Below are positions 1 through 8,546 of a DNA stretch of 64,000 bases, piece after piece. The translations under genes and the position numbers were made by a program. Origin of the DNA: an uncultured Pseudomonadota bacterium. Its GTDB lineage: Bacteria > Babelota > Babeliae > Babelales > Vermiphilaceae. Position 1 is the first letter of the stretch, and every line of letters begins with the position of its first letter. The DNA lies in NCBI GenBank assembly GCA_964436435.1, contig CAYTCH010000001.1, positions 822,184 to 886,183 of the forward strand, in the 5' to 3' direction. The notes under the pieces were generated by a model. The model worked only from the letters and a program-made list of their open reading frames with translations, was not told the DNA's origin and did no database searches.

Positions 1-416
1 GGCTTTTTCAGTTACGGGAAGAGACCGGATTCTTTTATTCGATTGGTGGTTCACTCGTTGCGGGAGCTACGGATCAGCCAGGTATGATTATTGTTTCAAC
101 AATGGTTTCATTGGATTCCTTAAAAGAAGCAGAAAAAGTTATCGAGGCTGCTTTTAAAAACGCAACAACTGGTGTTGCTCAACAAGAGTTTATTGATGGA
201 AAAAACTGGTTACTTCATTCATTGATGGACAATTTTGATACTAATGCTCACACAGCAAGAACCATTTTGTTTCTTGCTCGTTATGGGTTACCTGATAATT
301 ATTTTGATACACAAATGACCAAGATACAGGCAATGACGTTAGATGATGTTTTAGGGGCTGTGCGCAAAATTGTACGTCCGGAAGTTCTTATTAAACTTCG
401 GATTGGTCGAGTTTAA
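1..416 (+). CDS. M16 (insulinase/pitrilysin) family peptidase, C-terminal fragment; 5' end lies outside the window
   Basis: Frame is open from nt 3. The tail LFQLREETGFFYSIGGSLVAGATDQPGMIIVSTMVSLD...LIKLRIGRV aligns position by position with the C-terminus of the next ORF (LHALREQSGLFYTIGGSLAAGATEQPGMIIVKTLVSLD...VTFRIGRV), which carries the M16 HxxEH motif. Confidence 0.8.
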   Translation, partial: LFQLREETGFFYSIGGSLVAGATDQPGMIIVSTMVSLDSLKEAEKVIEAAFKNATTGVAQQEFIDGKNWLLHSLMDNFDTNAHTARTILFLARYGLPDNYFDTQMTKIQAMTLDDVLGAVRKIVRPEVLIKLRIGRV

Positions 417-445
417 GCATATTGATAAAAAAAGGAGCTTCTGTC

Positions 446-3220
446 ATGGTTCATGTGAAGCGTTGTATGATTATTGTTGCAATATTTTTATGTGGCAACA
501 TGATGGCACGTCAAAAAACAGAGAGTACTCACGATATTGATATTAAGCAGAAGGATAAAGTGGTTATGACACAACAGATTGATAAAAAGATAGAGCCGCA
601 ACAGTTTGTTGCAAAGAAGGTTTTGGATAACGGTATGACAGTGCTTGTCCGTTCGGTTACAACAATACCAAAGGTTTCTGTGCATATTTGGTATAACGTT
701 GGCTCCAAAGATGAGAGAGATGGGGAAAAGGGAATTGCGCACCTCATTGAACACATGATCTTTAAGGGCACTTCTAATCTTTCAGAATCAGATATTGACT
801 ATATTGTGAATAGAAAACTTTCTGGTCGTTGTAACGCATTTACCTCTTTTGATTACACGGGTTATTATTTTGATATGCCGGTGCATCATTGGAAGAAAGT
901 TTTGCCTATCATGGCCGATTGTATGACGGGTGCTTTATTTAAGGATGAGCATCTTAATTCTGAGATGAAGACGGTAATACAAGAGCTCAAAATGATGCAT
1001 GATCAGCACACAAGAAGTTTATTGCTTGATATTATGGGACTCATGTTTGTAGGTCATCCTTATCATTATCCTGTGATTGGTTATAAGCAGGATTTATGGA
1101 CTGTGCGAGGCAAGGATTTGCTTGAATTTTACAAGAAACATTACTTGCCAAATAACGCTGTGTTGATTGTGACGGGTGATATTCAACCTGAAGAAGTTTT
1201 TGAATTAGCGCAACAATATTTTGGTTCTATTCCAGCCAATAAAGAGTATAAAAAAGAGAAGTTTACCTCACCAGAGGATGTCGCATCCCGTGGGGTGACG
1301 TTGTATAGAGATGTACAATTACCTCGTGTTATGACGACCTTTAAAGTACCTGGCGCTCGCCAAAAGGTTGATCATCTGCTTGATGTTATTGCTCTTGCCT
1401 TGACCAACGCAAAAAGCTCACGATTGTATAAAAAACTGGTTGATGAATTGCAATTGGTTACCTCGATCTATTCATTTAATTGGGGAATGTTTGAACATGG
1501 TTTATTTATTTTTAGTTTTGAGCCCAAACGAGTTGAAGATATAGATAAAATTGAAGCGATTATTTTTGATGAAATAAAAGATATTGTTGCCCATGGGCTT
1601 ACGCAGGAGGAGCTTTCTCGTTCGCTTAAAAAAGTACAAATGATGTACTACTCAAAACTTGAAGATATTCAGGAGCAGGCGATTGATATTGGAAAACAAT
1701 TTTTAGCAACAGGCGATGCTGAGTACGCGTTTACGTATCTTAATATTCAACCAGAACAGATCAAAAAAGACATCCAAAAACTTTTGGGTGATTACTTTAG
1801 AAGTACTGTTGTGCATCGTGGTGTTATTTTACCGCTTCCTCAGGATGAAAAAGCTCAGTGGGCAAAGTTGCAGACGGCATCTGATGAACTGGATAATAAA
1901 ATATTGTCAGATCGCGTGCGTACAACTACGGTAGAAATTCCAAAACATGCAAATACAGTTACCATTGAAGAGCCACGTGAATTTAATTTTCCAAAACCAG
2001 AGACCTGTACGCTTTCAAATGGCATCAGAGTATTTTCATATCACAATGCAAATACACCAAAAATCAACGTAGTACTCTCATTAAAGGCAAGAGCGTATTA
2101 CGACTCGGTTGACCAACAAGGTTTGTATAATTTTGTGATGAACATGCTGACTGAAGGAACAGAAAATTATACGGCTGCACAATTGTCAGATGCTCTTGAA
2201 TCGCGTGGTATGTCATTCAGCGCAGTTCCTGGTCTTATTTCCATGAGCATGTTGCGCGAAGATTTTGAAATAGGATTAGAACTTTTAGAAGAGATTTTGA
2301 GTCGTCCAAACTTTGACAAGCATGAGATGGAAAAAGTACGTGAGCAGATTCTTGCGGAAATTAAAGAATTTTGGGATAACCCGATGTTGTTTTCTCGTCA
2401 ATTGGTGAGCCAACAAATATATGCAGGTCATCCTTATAGCAAGGATATTTTAGGAACAGTTGAAAGTGTGCAAGGCATCAAACAAAAAGATCTCAAGGCG
2501 TTTTTCAAAAAATATATTTCATCTGATGGAGCTCGCATATCTATTGTTGGAGACATTGCAGGCTATAATCTCAAGGAGGTTCTTGAGTCAAAGCTTGCAG
2601 TTTGGTCAGGGCCACATGTAGAAGATGTAAAATTTCCTGCGCTTCAACAACAAAAAACAGAGATCATTGAATACTTTATTAATCGTGATCAGGTTGTGCT
2701 GTGCTTTGCGGGACTATCGATAGATAGATTGCATGAAGATTATGATAAATTACAGTTGTTTGATCAGATTTTTGGCAGTGGATCAAGTTCGAGATTACAT
2801 GCACTTCGCGAGCAATCGGGGCTTTTTTACACAATTGGTGGCTCGTTGGCTGCGGGAGCAACTGAACAACCAGGTATGATTATTGTAAAAACATTGGTTT
2901 CGCTTGATCGACTTGCTGAAGCAGAAGAGGTAATTAAGAAAACAATCACTGCAACAGCGGCTTCAATTACCGAGCAAGAATTTGCAGAAGCAAGAAGAGC
3001 GATACTTAATTCGTTAGTTGATAATTTTGAAACGAATATAAATATAGCAACATCGTTTTTGTTTTTAGATAGATTTAATTTGCCACTTAATTATTTTGAC
3101 AAACGAGCAGAATCGCTCGCAACCATTAGCCTTTCGGCTGTTCAGGCTGCTGCTAAAAAACTGTTAGATACTAATAAACTCGTTACTTTCCGTATTGGTA
3201 GAGTGGGGAATAAAGCCTAA
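446..3220 (+). CDS. M16 family zinc peptidase, two-lobed ~920 aa (insulinase/PqqL-like), probably exported
   Basis: Inverted zinc motif HLIEHMIFKG (HxxEH) near the N-terminus. Two M16-like halves. Hydrophobic N-terminus MVHVKRCMIIVAIFLCGNMMA. GGAG at 434-437 lies 8 nt before ATG 446; the ORF-track start at 422 is TTG. Confidence 0.9.
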   Translation: MVHVKRCMIIVAIFLCGNMMARQKTESTHDIDIKQKDKVVMTQQIDKKIEPQQFVAKKVLDNGMTVLVRSVTTIPKVSVHIWYNVGSKDERDGEKGIAHLIEHMIFKGTSNLSESDIDYIVNRKLSGRCNAFTSFDYTGYYFDMPVHHWKKVLPIMADCMTGALFKDEHLNSEMKTVIQELKMMHDQHTRSLLLDIMGLMFVGHPYHYPVIGYKQDLWTVRGKDLLEFYKKHYLPNNAVLIVTGDIQPEEVFELAQQYFGSIPANKEYKKEKFTSPEDVASRGVTLYRDVQLPRVMTTFKVPGARQKVDHLLDVIALALTNAKSSRLYKKLVDELQLVTSIYSFNWGMFEHGLFIFSFEPKRVEDIDKIEAIIFDEIKDIVAHGLTQEELSRSLKKVQMMYYSKLEDIQEQAIDIGKQFLATGDAEYAFTYLNIQPEQIKKDIQKLLGDYFRSTVVHRGVILPLPQDEKAQWAKLQTASDELDNKILSDRVRTTTVEIPKHANTVTIEEPREFNFPKPETCTLSNGIRVFSYHNANTPKINVVLSLKARAYYDSVDQQGLYNFVMNMLTEGTENYTAAQLSDALESRGMSFSAVPGLISMSMLREDFEIGLELLEEILSRPNFDKHEMEKVREQILAEIKEFWDNPMLFSRQLVSQQIYAGHPYSKDILGTVESVQGIKQKDLKAFFKKYISSDGARISIVGDIAGYNLKEVLESKLAVWSGPHVEDVKFPALQQQKTEIIEYFINRDQVVLCFAGLSIDRLHEDYDKLQLFDQIFGSGSSSRLHALREQSGLFYTIGGSLAAGATEQPGMIIVKTLVSLDRLAEAEEVIKKTITATAASITEQEFAEARRAILNSLVDNFETNINIATSFLFLDRFNLPLNYFDKRAESLATISLSAVQAAAKKLLDTNKLVTFRIGRVGNKA

Positions 3221-3223
3221 ACT

Positions 3224-3262
3224 AAAAAAGCCCATAACTGATTTTTCAGTTATGGGCTTAAA
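3224..3262. terminator. Bidirectional intrinsic terminator between convergent genes
   Basis: Perfect 11-bp inverted repeat GCCCATAACTG / CAGTTATGGGC (3230-3240 / 3247-3257) with a 6-nt loop. A-run upstream, T-rich downstream. Confidence 0.8.
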
Positions 3263-3270
3263 AATTAATG

Positions 3271-3696
3271 TTACTCAAAAATGTTTTGTCGCAATGATTT
3301 GCCCGGATCCCATAGTGCCCATTTACCGGGACCACATATACCAACAGCTATTGCAAGCATTGCAAGGTTGAGCAGGTATTTAAAATGAGAGGGATTTGAC
3401 AAGTGATTTGTATTGAACTGAATGATAATGAGACTAGAAAAAAGGACAGGTATAACGAGGAATGCCCCAAGTTCGATAACAACCCCCGCTGCTATCAAGC
3501 ACCCACTAAGAATTTCCACAATGGGGGCGATGATTGGAAGTAAATATAAAAATCCAGGCCAGTGACTTCCCTCAAAAGGCATGGGGGTGCTGATCTGGTC
3601 GATAATTTCATTGATACCATATATCATCAGAATAATACCTACCATCATACGGATTCCGAGCAGCATCCATTCAAAATAGTTCTCTGTTTTCTCCAT
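3271..3696 (-). CDS. DoxX family inner-membrane protein
   Basis: 141 aa with four hydrophobic segments. C-terminal GICGPGKWALWD resembles the DoxX G-x-G-x-x-S-L-D signature. ATG start. Confidence 0.6.
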   Translation of the reverse strand: MEKTENYFEWMLLGIRMMVGIILMIYGINEIIDQISTPMPFEGSHWPGFLYLLPIIAPIVEILSGCLIAAGVVIELGAFLVIPVLFSSLIIIQFNTNHLSNPSHFKYLLNLAMLAIAVGICGPGKWALWDPGKSLRQNIFE

Positions 3697-3729
3697 CCCT
3701 ATTTTCCTTTTTTATTCCAGAATATTTTT

Positions 3730-4638
3730 TTATGCAAGTTCTATAGTTTCTCGTATTGATTGCGCTGAGAGTAGCAATTGTTTTTCTTCAGCATCGTTTA
3801 AGATAACAGGGATTACCTGCTCTACGCCATGACATCCAATTACGGCTGGAAAGCTAAAACAAACATCAAATTTTTTATTAAATACAGAAACCGGTGCAAT
3901 TCTTTTTTGATCAAAAATAATATCTTCGCACAATGCTGCTACGCATGCAGCTATGCCAAAGAATGTCGCACCTTTACATTTAATAATTTCATATACTTTT
4001 GTGCGAGTGTCCTGTGCAAACGCATCAAGATCTTGTTGTGTAATTCCCTGAAAATCTAAAACAGGAACACCGGCAATACGAGCACTCGACCATGCAGCAA
4101 CTTGAGAATCACCGTGCTCACCAAGAATGTATGCGTGAATTGATTCTTCTGCTATGCCCAGCTTTTCAGCAATTGCTCCACGTACTCTTTGACTATCCAA
4201 AAACGTGCCTGTTCCAAAAACATGGCCTTCTGCAAGTCCTGAAGCTTGTTGTACAAAATAGGTGAGAGCATCTACCGGATTGGTAACGACAATAATAATA
4301 GTATCTTGTTTGAATGGCTTGAGATTATTGATGATTGAAAGAATAATTTGTTTGTTGGTGGTAACCAATTCTTGGCGTGTCTGGCCTGGTTTTTGGGGAA
4401 TTCCGGCAGTAAGAATAATGATATCAGAGTCTTTGACATGTGAAAGATCAGAGCTTTTTATTTTTGAAGTTGTTGAAAAAGAAAGTGCGTCAACTAGATC
4501 AAAAACTTCACCCTTACATCGTTGTGGATTTACATCAACAAGATGAATTTCTGCAGGAATATTTTTGAGCATAAGCGCATATGCCGTTGTGGAGCCCACT
4601 GCTCCAGCGCCAATGATGGCAATCTTCGTTTGCTTCAT
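3730..4638 (-). CDS. ldh: L-lactate dehydrogenase (LDH/MDH superfamily)
   Basis: N-terminal Rossmann motif IAIIGAGAVGST. Substrate loop AGIPQKPGQTRQEL has Gln (LDH-type) where MDHs have Arg. GEHGDSQVAAWS block present. AAGGAG-like RBS before ATG 4638. Confidence 0.85.
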   Translation of the reverse strand: MKQTKIAIIGAGAVGSTTAYALMLKNIPAEIHLVDVNPQRCKGEVFDLVDALSFSTTSKIKSSDLSHVKDSDIIILTAGIPQKPGQTRQELVTTNKQIILSIINNLKPFKQDTIIIVVTNPVDALTYFVQQASGLAEGHVFGTGTFLDSQRVRGAIAEKLGIAEESIHAYILGEHGDSQVAAWSSARIAGVPVLDFQGITQQDLDAFAQDTRTKVYEIIKCKGATFFGIAACVAALCEDIIFDQKRIAPVSVFNKKFDVCFSFPAVIGCHGVEQVIPVILNDAEEKQLLLSAQSIRETIELA

Positions 4639-4778
4639 AATTTCTCCTTATTTTTGCCTAGGCTAGCAGGATGATAAGATTAAACTCAAGTGTTTTTTGG
4701 CAGGAGCAATAAAGGTGTTGTTGATTGCAAATTCTGGCAAAATTCTTACCCTGTAAAAAGGGTATAACGGGGACCATA

Positions 4779-5705
4779 ATGCAAGACATATTTGATCGTC
4801 AGAAAAAACAACAGCAGTTTATTGAACAGATTAATTATTCTTTATTTGCTGATACACGTACACAGTGTACTGATGTTGCGCGCATGACTGATTCTTTTCA
4901 GCACATTATATATAGTTATTTTGATCAGTTTGGTCGTGATTTTGTATGGCGACGCGCTACAGACCCATACCACATTGTTGTTTCAGAGATTATGTTACAA
5001 CAAACACAAACCAGTCGTGTTACAGGGAAATTTGAGCAGTTTATTGAGTTGTTTCCTTCATTTGAGCTTCTTGCACAAGCTGAGTGGCGCGATGTGCTTG
5101 CCGCTTGGCAGGGGCTGGGTTACAGTCGTCGGGCCAAGGCGCTGCATGCGATTGCGTACAAAGTTATTACAGAGCACGCAGGGTGGTTGCCCGATGATGA
5201 GATGGTGTTGCAAACATTTCCTGGTATTGGTGCGGCAACAGCAGCTTCTATTTGTGCCTTTGCCTTTAACAAACCAACGGTGTTTATAGAAACAAATATA
5301 CGCTCAGTGTTTTTGCATTTTTTCTTTCAGGCAACGCATGATGTTGTGAAAGACAAAGAGATTATGCCCCTTGTTGCGCAAATGTTGGATACAACAAATC
5401 CACGGCTGTGGTATTACGCGCTTATGGATTATGGTGTTGCGCTTAAACGTTTATATCCAGAACTTAACAAAAAAAGTGCTCATTATGCGCGGCAGTCGAA
5501 ATTTGAAGGTTCTGATCGGCAAATCAGAGGTAGGATTTTAAAAACATTGGTAACACATGGTCAACTTACAATGAATCAACTTGTTGCAGTTGGTGAGTTA
5601 GATGCGGCCCGCGTAACACTGATAATACAACAGTTAGTTGCGGAAAAATTTATTGAACATCAGGACGGTGCATTTCGCATTTATGGTTCTCATGCTCATC
5701 AATAA
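4779..5705 (+). CDS. HhH-GPD base-excision DNA glycosylase, MutY-like catalytic domain, without Fe-S cluster Cys or NUDIX-like domain
   Basis: DPYHIVVSEIMLQQTQTSRV and FPGIGAATAASICAFAF (helix-hairpin-helix) align with MutY. There are no Cys in the region where MutY/Nth carry C-x6-C-x2-C-x5-C. First ATG is at 4779; the ORF-track start 4725 is ATT. Confidence 0.75.
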   Translation: MQDIFDRQKKQQQFIEQINYSLFADTRTQCTDVARMTDSFQHIIYSYFDQFGRDFVWRRATDPYHIVVSEIMLQQTQTSRVTGKFEQFIELFPSFELLAQAEWRDVLAAWQGLGYSRRAKALHAIAYKVITEHAGWLPDDEMVLQTFPGIGAATAASICAFAFNKPTVFIETNIRSVFLHFFFQATHDVVKDKEIMPLVAQMLDTTNPRLWYYALMDYGVALKRLYPELNKKSAHYARQSKFEGSDRQIRGRILKTLVTHGQLTMNQLVAVGELDAARVTLIIQQLVAEKFIEHQDGAFRIYGSHAHQ

Positions 5706-5734
5706 CGCCCCTTTTTATTAAATATCCTTTTCAT

Positions 5735-5763
5735 AAAAAAACGGCCTACTGTTACATAGGCCG
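5735..5763 (-). terminator. Intrinsic terminator downstream of the 5806-6081 ORF
   Basis: CGGCCTA / TAGGCCG 7-bp stem (5742-5748 / 5757-5763), followed on the minus strand by a T7 run. Confidence 0.6.
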
Positions 5764-5805
5764 AATATTGTCATTCAGATTTTTTGATGTCAAATAAGGT
5801 TATTA

Positions 5806-6081
5806 TTAAGGGCATTGTTTCATTGTATAATCAAGTATACGCAATTGGCGGAATGTTATTCGGTGGGAATAATAATTTGTAGAAAGAAAAGGAACCCAGT
5901 ATCCATTGTATCTATTAAACATTGATGGTTCAGATTTTTTCTGTTCCGTGACCACTTTTTTGAGAGTTGCTATGTGGTCAGGAGCTGATATTGTCTCAGT
6001 CTTTTTTCCTTCCATACACACCGTTGTGAAGGGTACAGTTATAATAAGACAGATAAAAACAAAAAATCGTTTTTGTAGCAT
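5806..6081 (-). CDS. Hypothetical small exported protein
   Basis: 91 aa with N-terminal signal-like MLQKRFFVFICLIITVPFTTVCM. Has its own downstream terminator. No recognisable family. Confidence 0.45.
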   Translation of the reverse strand: MLQKRFFVFICLIITVPFTTVCMEGKKTETISAPDHIATLKKVVTEQKKSEPSMFNRYNGYWVPFLSTNYYSHRITFRQLRILDYTMKQCP

Positions 6082-6152
6082 AAAAATCTTTCGAGTTTTG
6101 TGAAAATATACTTATGCTTCATAACTACAAAACTCTCGTTCGATACCTATTG

Positions 6153-6992
6153 TTACTTTAAAGTGGCTTGATATTCTTCATAAATAAGCCGCGCGAATTC
6201 ATCCATTAATATAACGATATCAATTTTTTCTAGATTAATTTTTGAACCTGCACCGTCGGTAGGAAAATGTTTTTGGTTTAAAAGGCGTCGTGTAACTTTT
6301 GTTTGTCGGGCAATGTAAGGATTATTTGCGATTACCAAGCAAGACCCATCGGTAGGAGCTGTTTGTGCAAAATGTACAATGGTGTTATCAGTATTGGGAC
6401 GAGTGAATGTGCCATCACTATTTTTAATCATCGGTGCATTGATAACAAGGATCCTGTCATTTTTTAAGAGTGGGTGCTGAGCGCAGAGATAGTTCATCAT
6501 ATGAGCTTCGGTAGTAACATTTTTCGGCAACCCCTCTTTTTCATTCTCGCGTAGCGGGCGTTCTCCACCCAGGAGAACAATTTTTTGAAAGGTAAGACCA
6601 TTTTTTTTAAGTTCAGCCAAAAAATCAAGACGGTGTTGCACTGTTGGTGTTAACGCACCCATCAAGAGCACATAGGTGTACGATTTTTGTTGCGGCTCTT
6701 GAGCGTCGATCATACCTAAAGACTTAAGGTCATCCAGTAATACGTTTGTTTTAGTATAAATTACATCACGCCATGGATTATTGTCTTGTTTATCCCAACG
6801 CTCACCTTTTCGTAAAAGATTTTCTTGAGCAAATTTATTTGCTTGCTCAAGAGTAGTGATTGATGAATCGCCCAGAAGATGATTAAAGAGTTTCCTGTAT
6901 GAATCATTGAGCGTATCACAATAAGAGATAGTACAATTAAGTGTTGTTACAACAATAAGAGCAACAAGAGAATGACGTAGGCGTATATTCAT
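6153..6992 (-). CDS. Hypothetical exported protein (possibly Rossmann-like, YdcF/DUF218-like; tentative)
   Basis: 279 aa with a signal-like N-terminus. Starts 4 nt after the gatB stop, so it is likely co-transcribed. Pattern YVLLMGA...IVLLGGERPL...TEAHMM is only loosely DUF218-like. Confidence 0.5.
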   Translation of the reverse strand: MNIRLRHSLVALIVVTTLNCTISYCDTLNDSYRKLFNHLLGDSSITTLEQANKFAQENLLRKGERWDKQDNNPWRDVIYTKTNVLLDDLKSLGMIDAQEPQQKSYTYVLLMGALTPTVQHRLDFLAELKKNGLTFQKIVLLGGERPLRENEKEGLPKNVTTEAHMMNYLCAQHPLLKNDRILVINAPMIKNSDGTFTRPNTDNTIVHFAQTAPTDGSCLVIANNPYIARQTKVTRRLLNQKHFPTDGAGSKINLEKIDIVILMDEFARLIYEEYQATLK

Positions 6993-6996
6993 ATCT

Positions 6997-8460
6997 TTAT
7001 GCCAAATGTTTTTTCAAGAGATCTTGAATAACTTTTGGATCACCCTTGCCTTGAGTATCCTTCATTGCCTGACCAACAAAGAAACCAAAGAGTTTTGGTT
7101 TTCCTGATTTATAGTCTGCAACGACTTGAGGATTTGCATCGATGATGGTTTTTACTATTTTTTCAAGTTCGTCAACTGAGCCGATCTGTTCAAGTCCTTT
7201 TTCTTTGACGACATCTTGAGGGTTCTCCCCTGTTTGTGCAACCTCTTCAAAAACTGCAAGAGCAGCGTGATTGTTGATGGTGCCGTTTTCAAGGAGCTCG
7301 ATAATTTGAGCCAATTTTTCAGGTGTTACTTTAAAATCAGTGAGTGCAATTTTGTGTTCACTGGTGTACCCAATTACGTTTCGTAAAATCCAGTTGATAA
7401 TCTGTTTACTTGCGTTGAGTTTATAGGCACGTTCAAAGTAATGTGAGAGTTCAACGTCATCAAGCAAAATCTCAGCTTCGTATGGAGAAAGTCCATTTTC
7501 CTTGCATAATCGTTCCATTTTCTCTTGAGGAAGCTCTGGCATGGTTGCTTTGATGCGTGCAATCCAGGCTTCATCAATATCGATGAGTGGTAGATCAGGG
7601 TCTTGGAAGTAACGGTAGTCGGCTGCTTCTTCTTTGGAGCGCATAGAGATTGTTTTTTTATTTTTACTGTCCCATAACCGAGTCTCTTGGATGATTTTGT
7701 GACCGCTTTCAAGTTGCTCTATTTGTCGTTGGATCTCATACTCAATCGCGTCGCCAATAAATTTGAATGAGTTGATGTTTTTGAGTTCGCAGCGGGTACC
7801 AAGTTGAGTTGCTGTTCTTTTTTTTACTGAGATATTGGTATCAGCTCTAAATGCTCCCTCTTCCATATTGCCTGAACAGATGCCTAGGTACTGCACGATG
7901 GCGCGCAATGTTTTGAGGTACATTTTTGCTTCATACGTGCTAGAGATATCAGGATGGCTGACGATTTCCAAAAGCGGTGTCCCTGCTCGGTTGAGGTCAA
8001 CAAAACTAGAATCGCCAAAATTTGAGTGGATATTTTTACCAGCATCCTCTTCCATGTGGATACGGATGAGGCGGATATTTTTTGTGCTGCCATCTTCTAG
8101 TTTGATGGGAATATAACCATCAAGACAGATTGGGTATTCATTTTGCGTAATTTGATAACCCTTAGGAAGATCGGGGTAAAAATAGTGTTTGCGTGCAAAC
8201 TCAGATCGAGGGGCGATAGTGCAGTTGGTGGCCAGTCCGGCTAAAATTGCATAATTAAGAACCTGTTTATTAAGCACTGGCAGGACGCCGGGATGACCTG
8301 CGCAGACGTTGCAAATATTGGCGTTTTCTTTGTTGCCAACGCTGTTTGCACAGGCACAAAAGATCTTTGTTTTTGTGTTTAACTGGACGTGAACCTCTAT
8401 ACCAATAGTAAGTTCGTAGTCAGGGTAATGATCTAAAACTGATTCTAATTTTGATGCCAT
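6997..8460 (-). CDS. gatB: Asp-tRNA(Asn)/Glu-tRNA(Gln) amidotransferase subunit B
   Basis: Full-length match to the GatB pattern: YELTIGIEVHVQLNTKTKIFC, cradle-domain blocks and a C-terminal YqeY-like tail (FGFFVGQAMKDTQGKGDPKV). AAAGGAG RBS. Confidence 0.95.
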   Translation of the reverse strand: MASKLESVLDHYPDYELTIGIEVHVQLNTKTKIFCACANSVGNKENANICNVCAGHPGVLPVLNKQVLNYAILAGLATNCTIAPRSEFARKHYFYPDLPKGYQITQNEYPICLDGYIPIKLEDGSTKNIRLIRIHMEEDAGKNIHSNFGDSSFVDLNRAGTPLLEIVSHPDISSTYEAKMYLKTLRAIVQYLGICSGNMEEGAFRADTNISVKKRTATQLGTRCELKNINSFKFIGDAIEYEIQRQIEQLESGHKIIQETRLWDSKNKKTISMRSKEEAADYRYFQDPDLPLIDIDEAWIARIKATMPELPQEKMERLCKENGLSPYEAEILLDDVELSHYFERAYKLNASKQIINWILRNVIGYTSEHKIALTDFKVTPEKLAQIIELLENGTINNHAALAVFEEVAQTGENPQDVVKEKGLEQIGSVDELEKIVKTIIDANPQVVADYKSGKPKLFGFFVGQAMKDTQGKGDPKVIQDLLKKHLA

Positions 8461-8546
8461 AATGCTCCTTTGTGGGACTACCGGCCAATGTGTTATGACC
8501 GGTAGTTTGCCAGCGTTGTTACAGGAATATTTAAGGCATCATTTTA

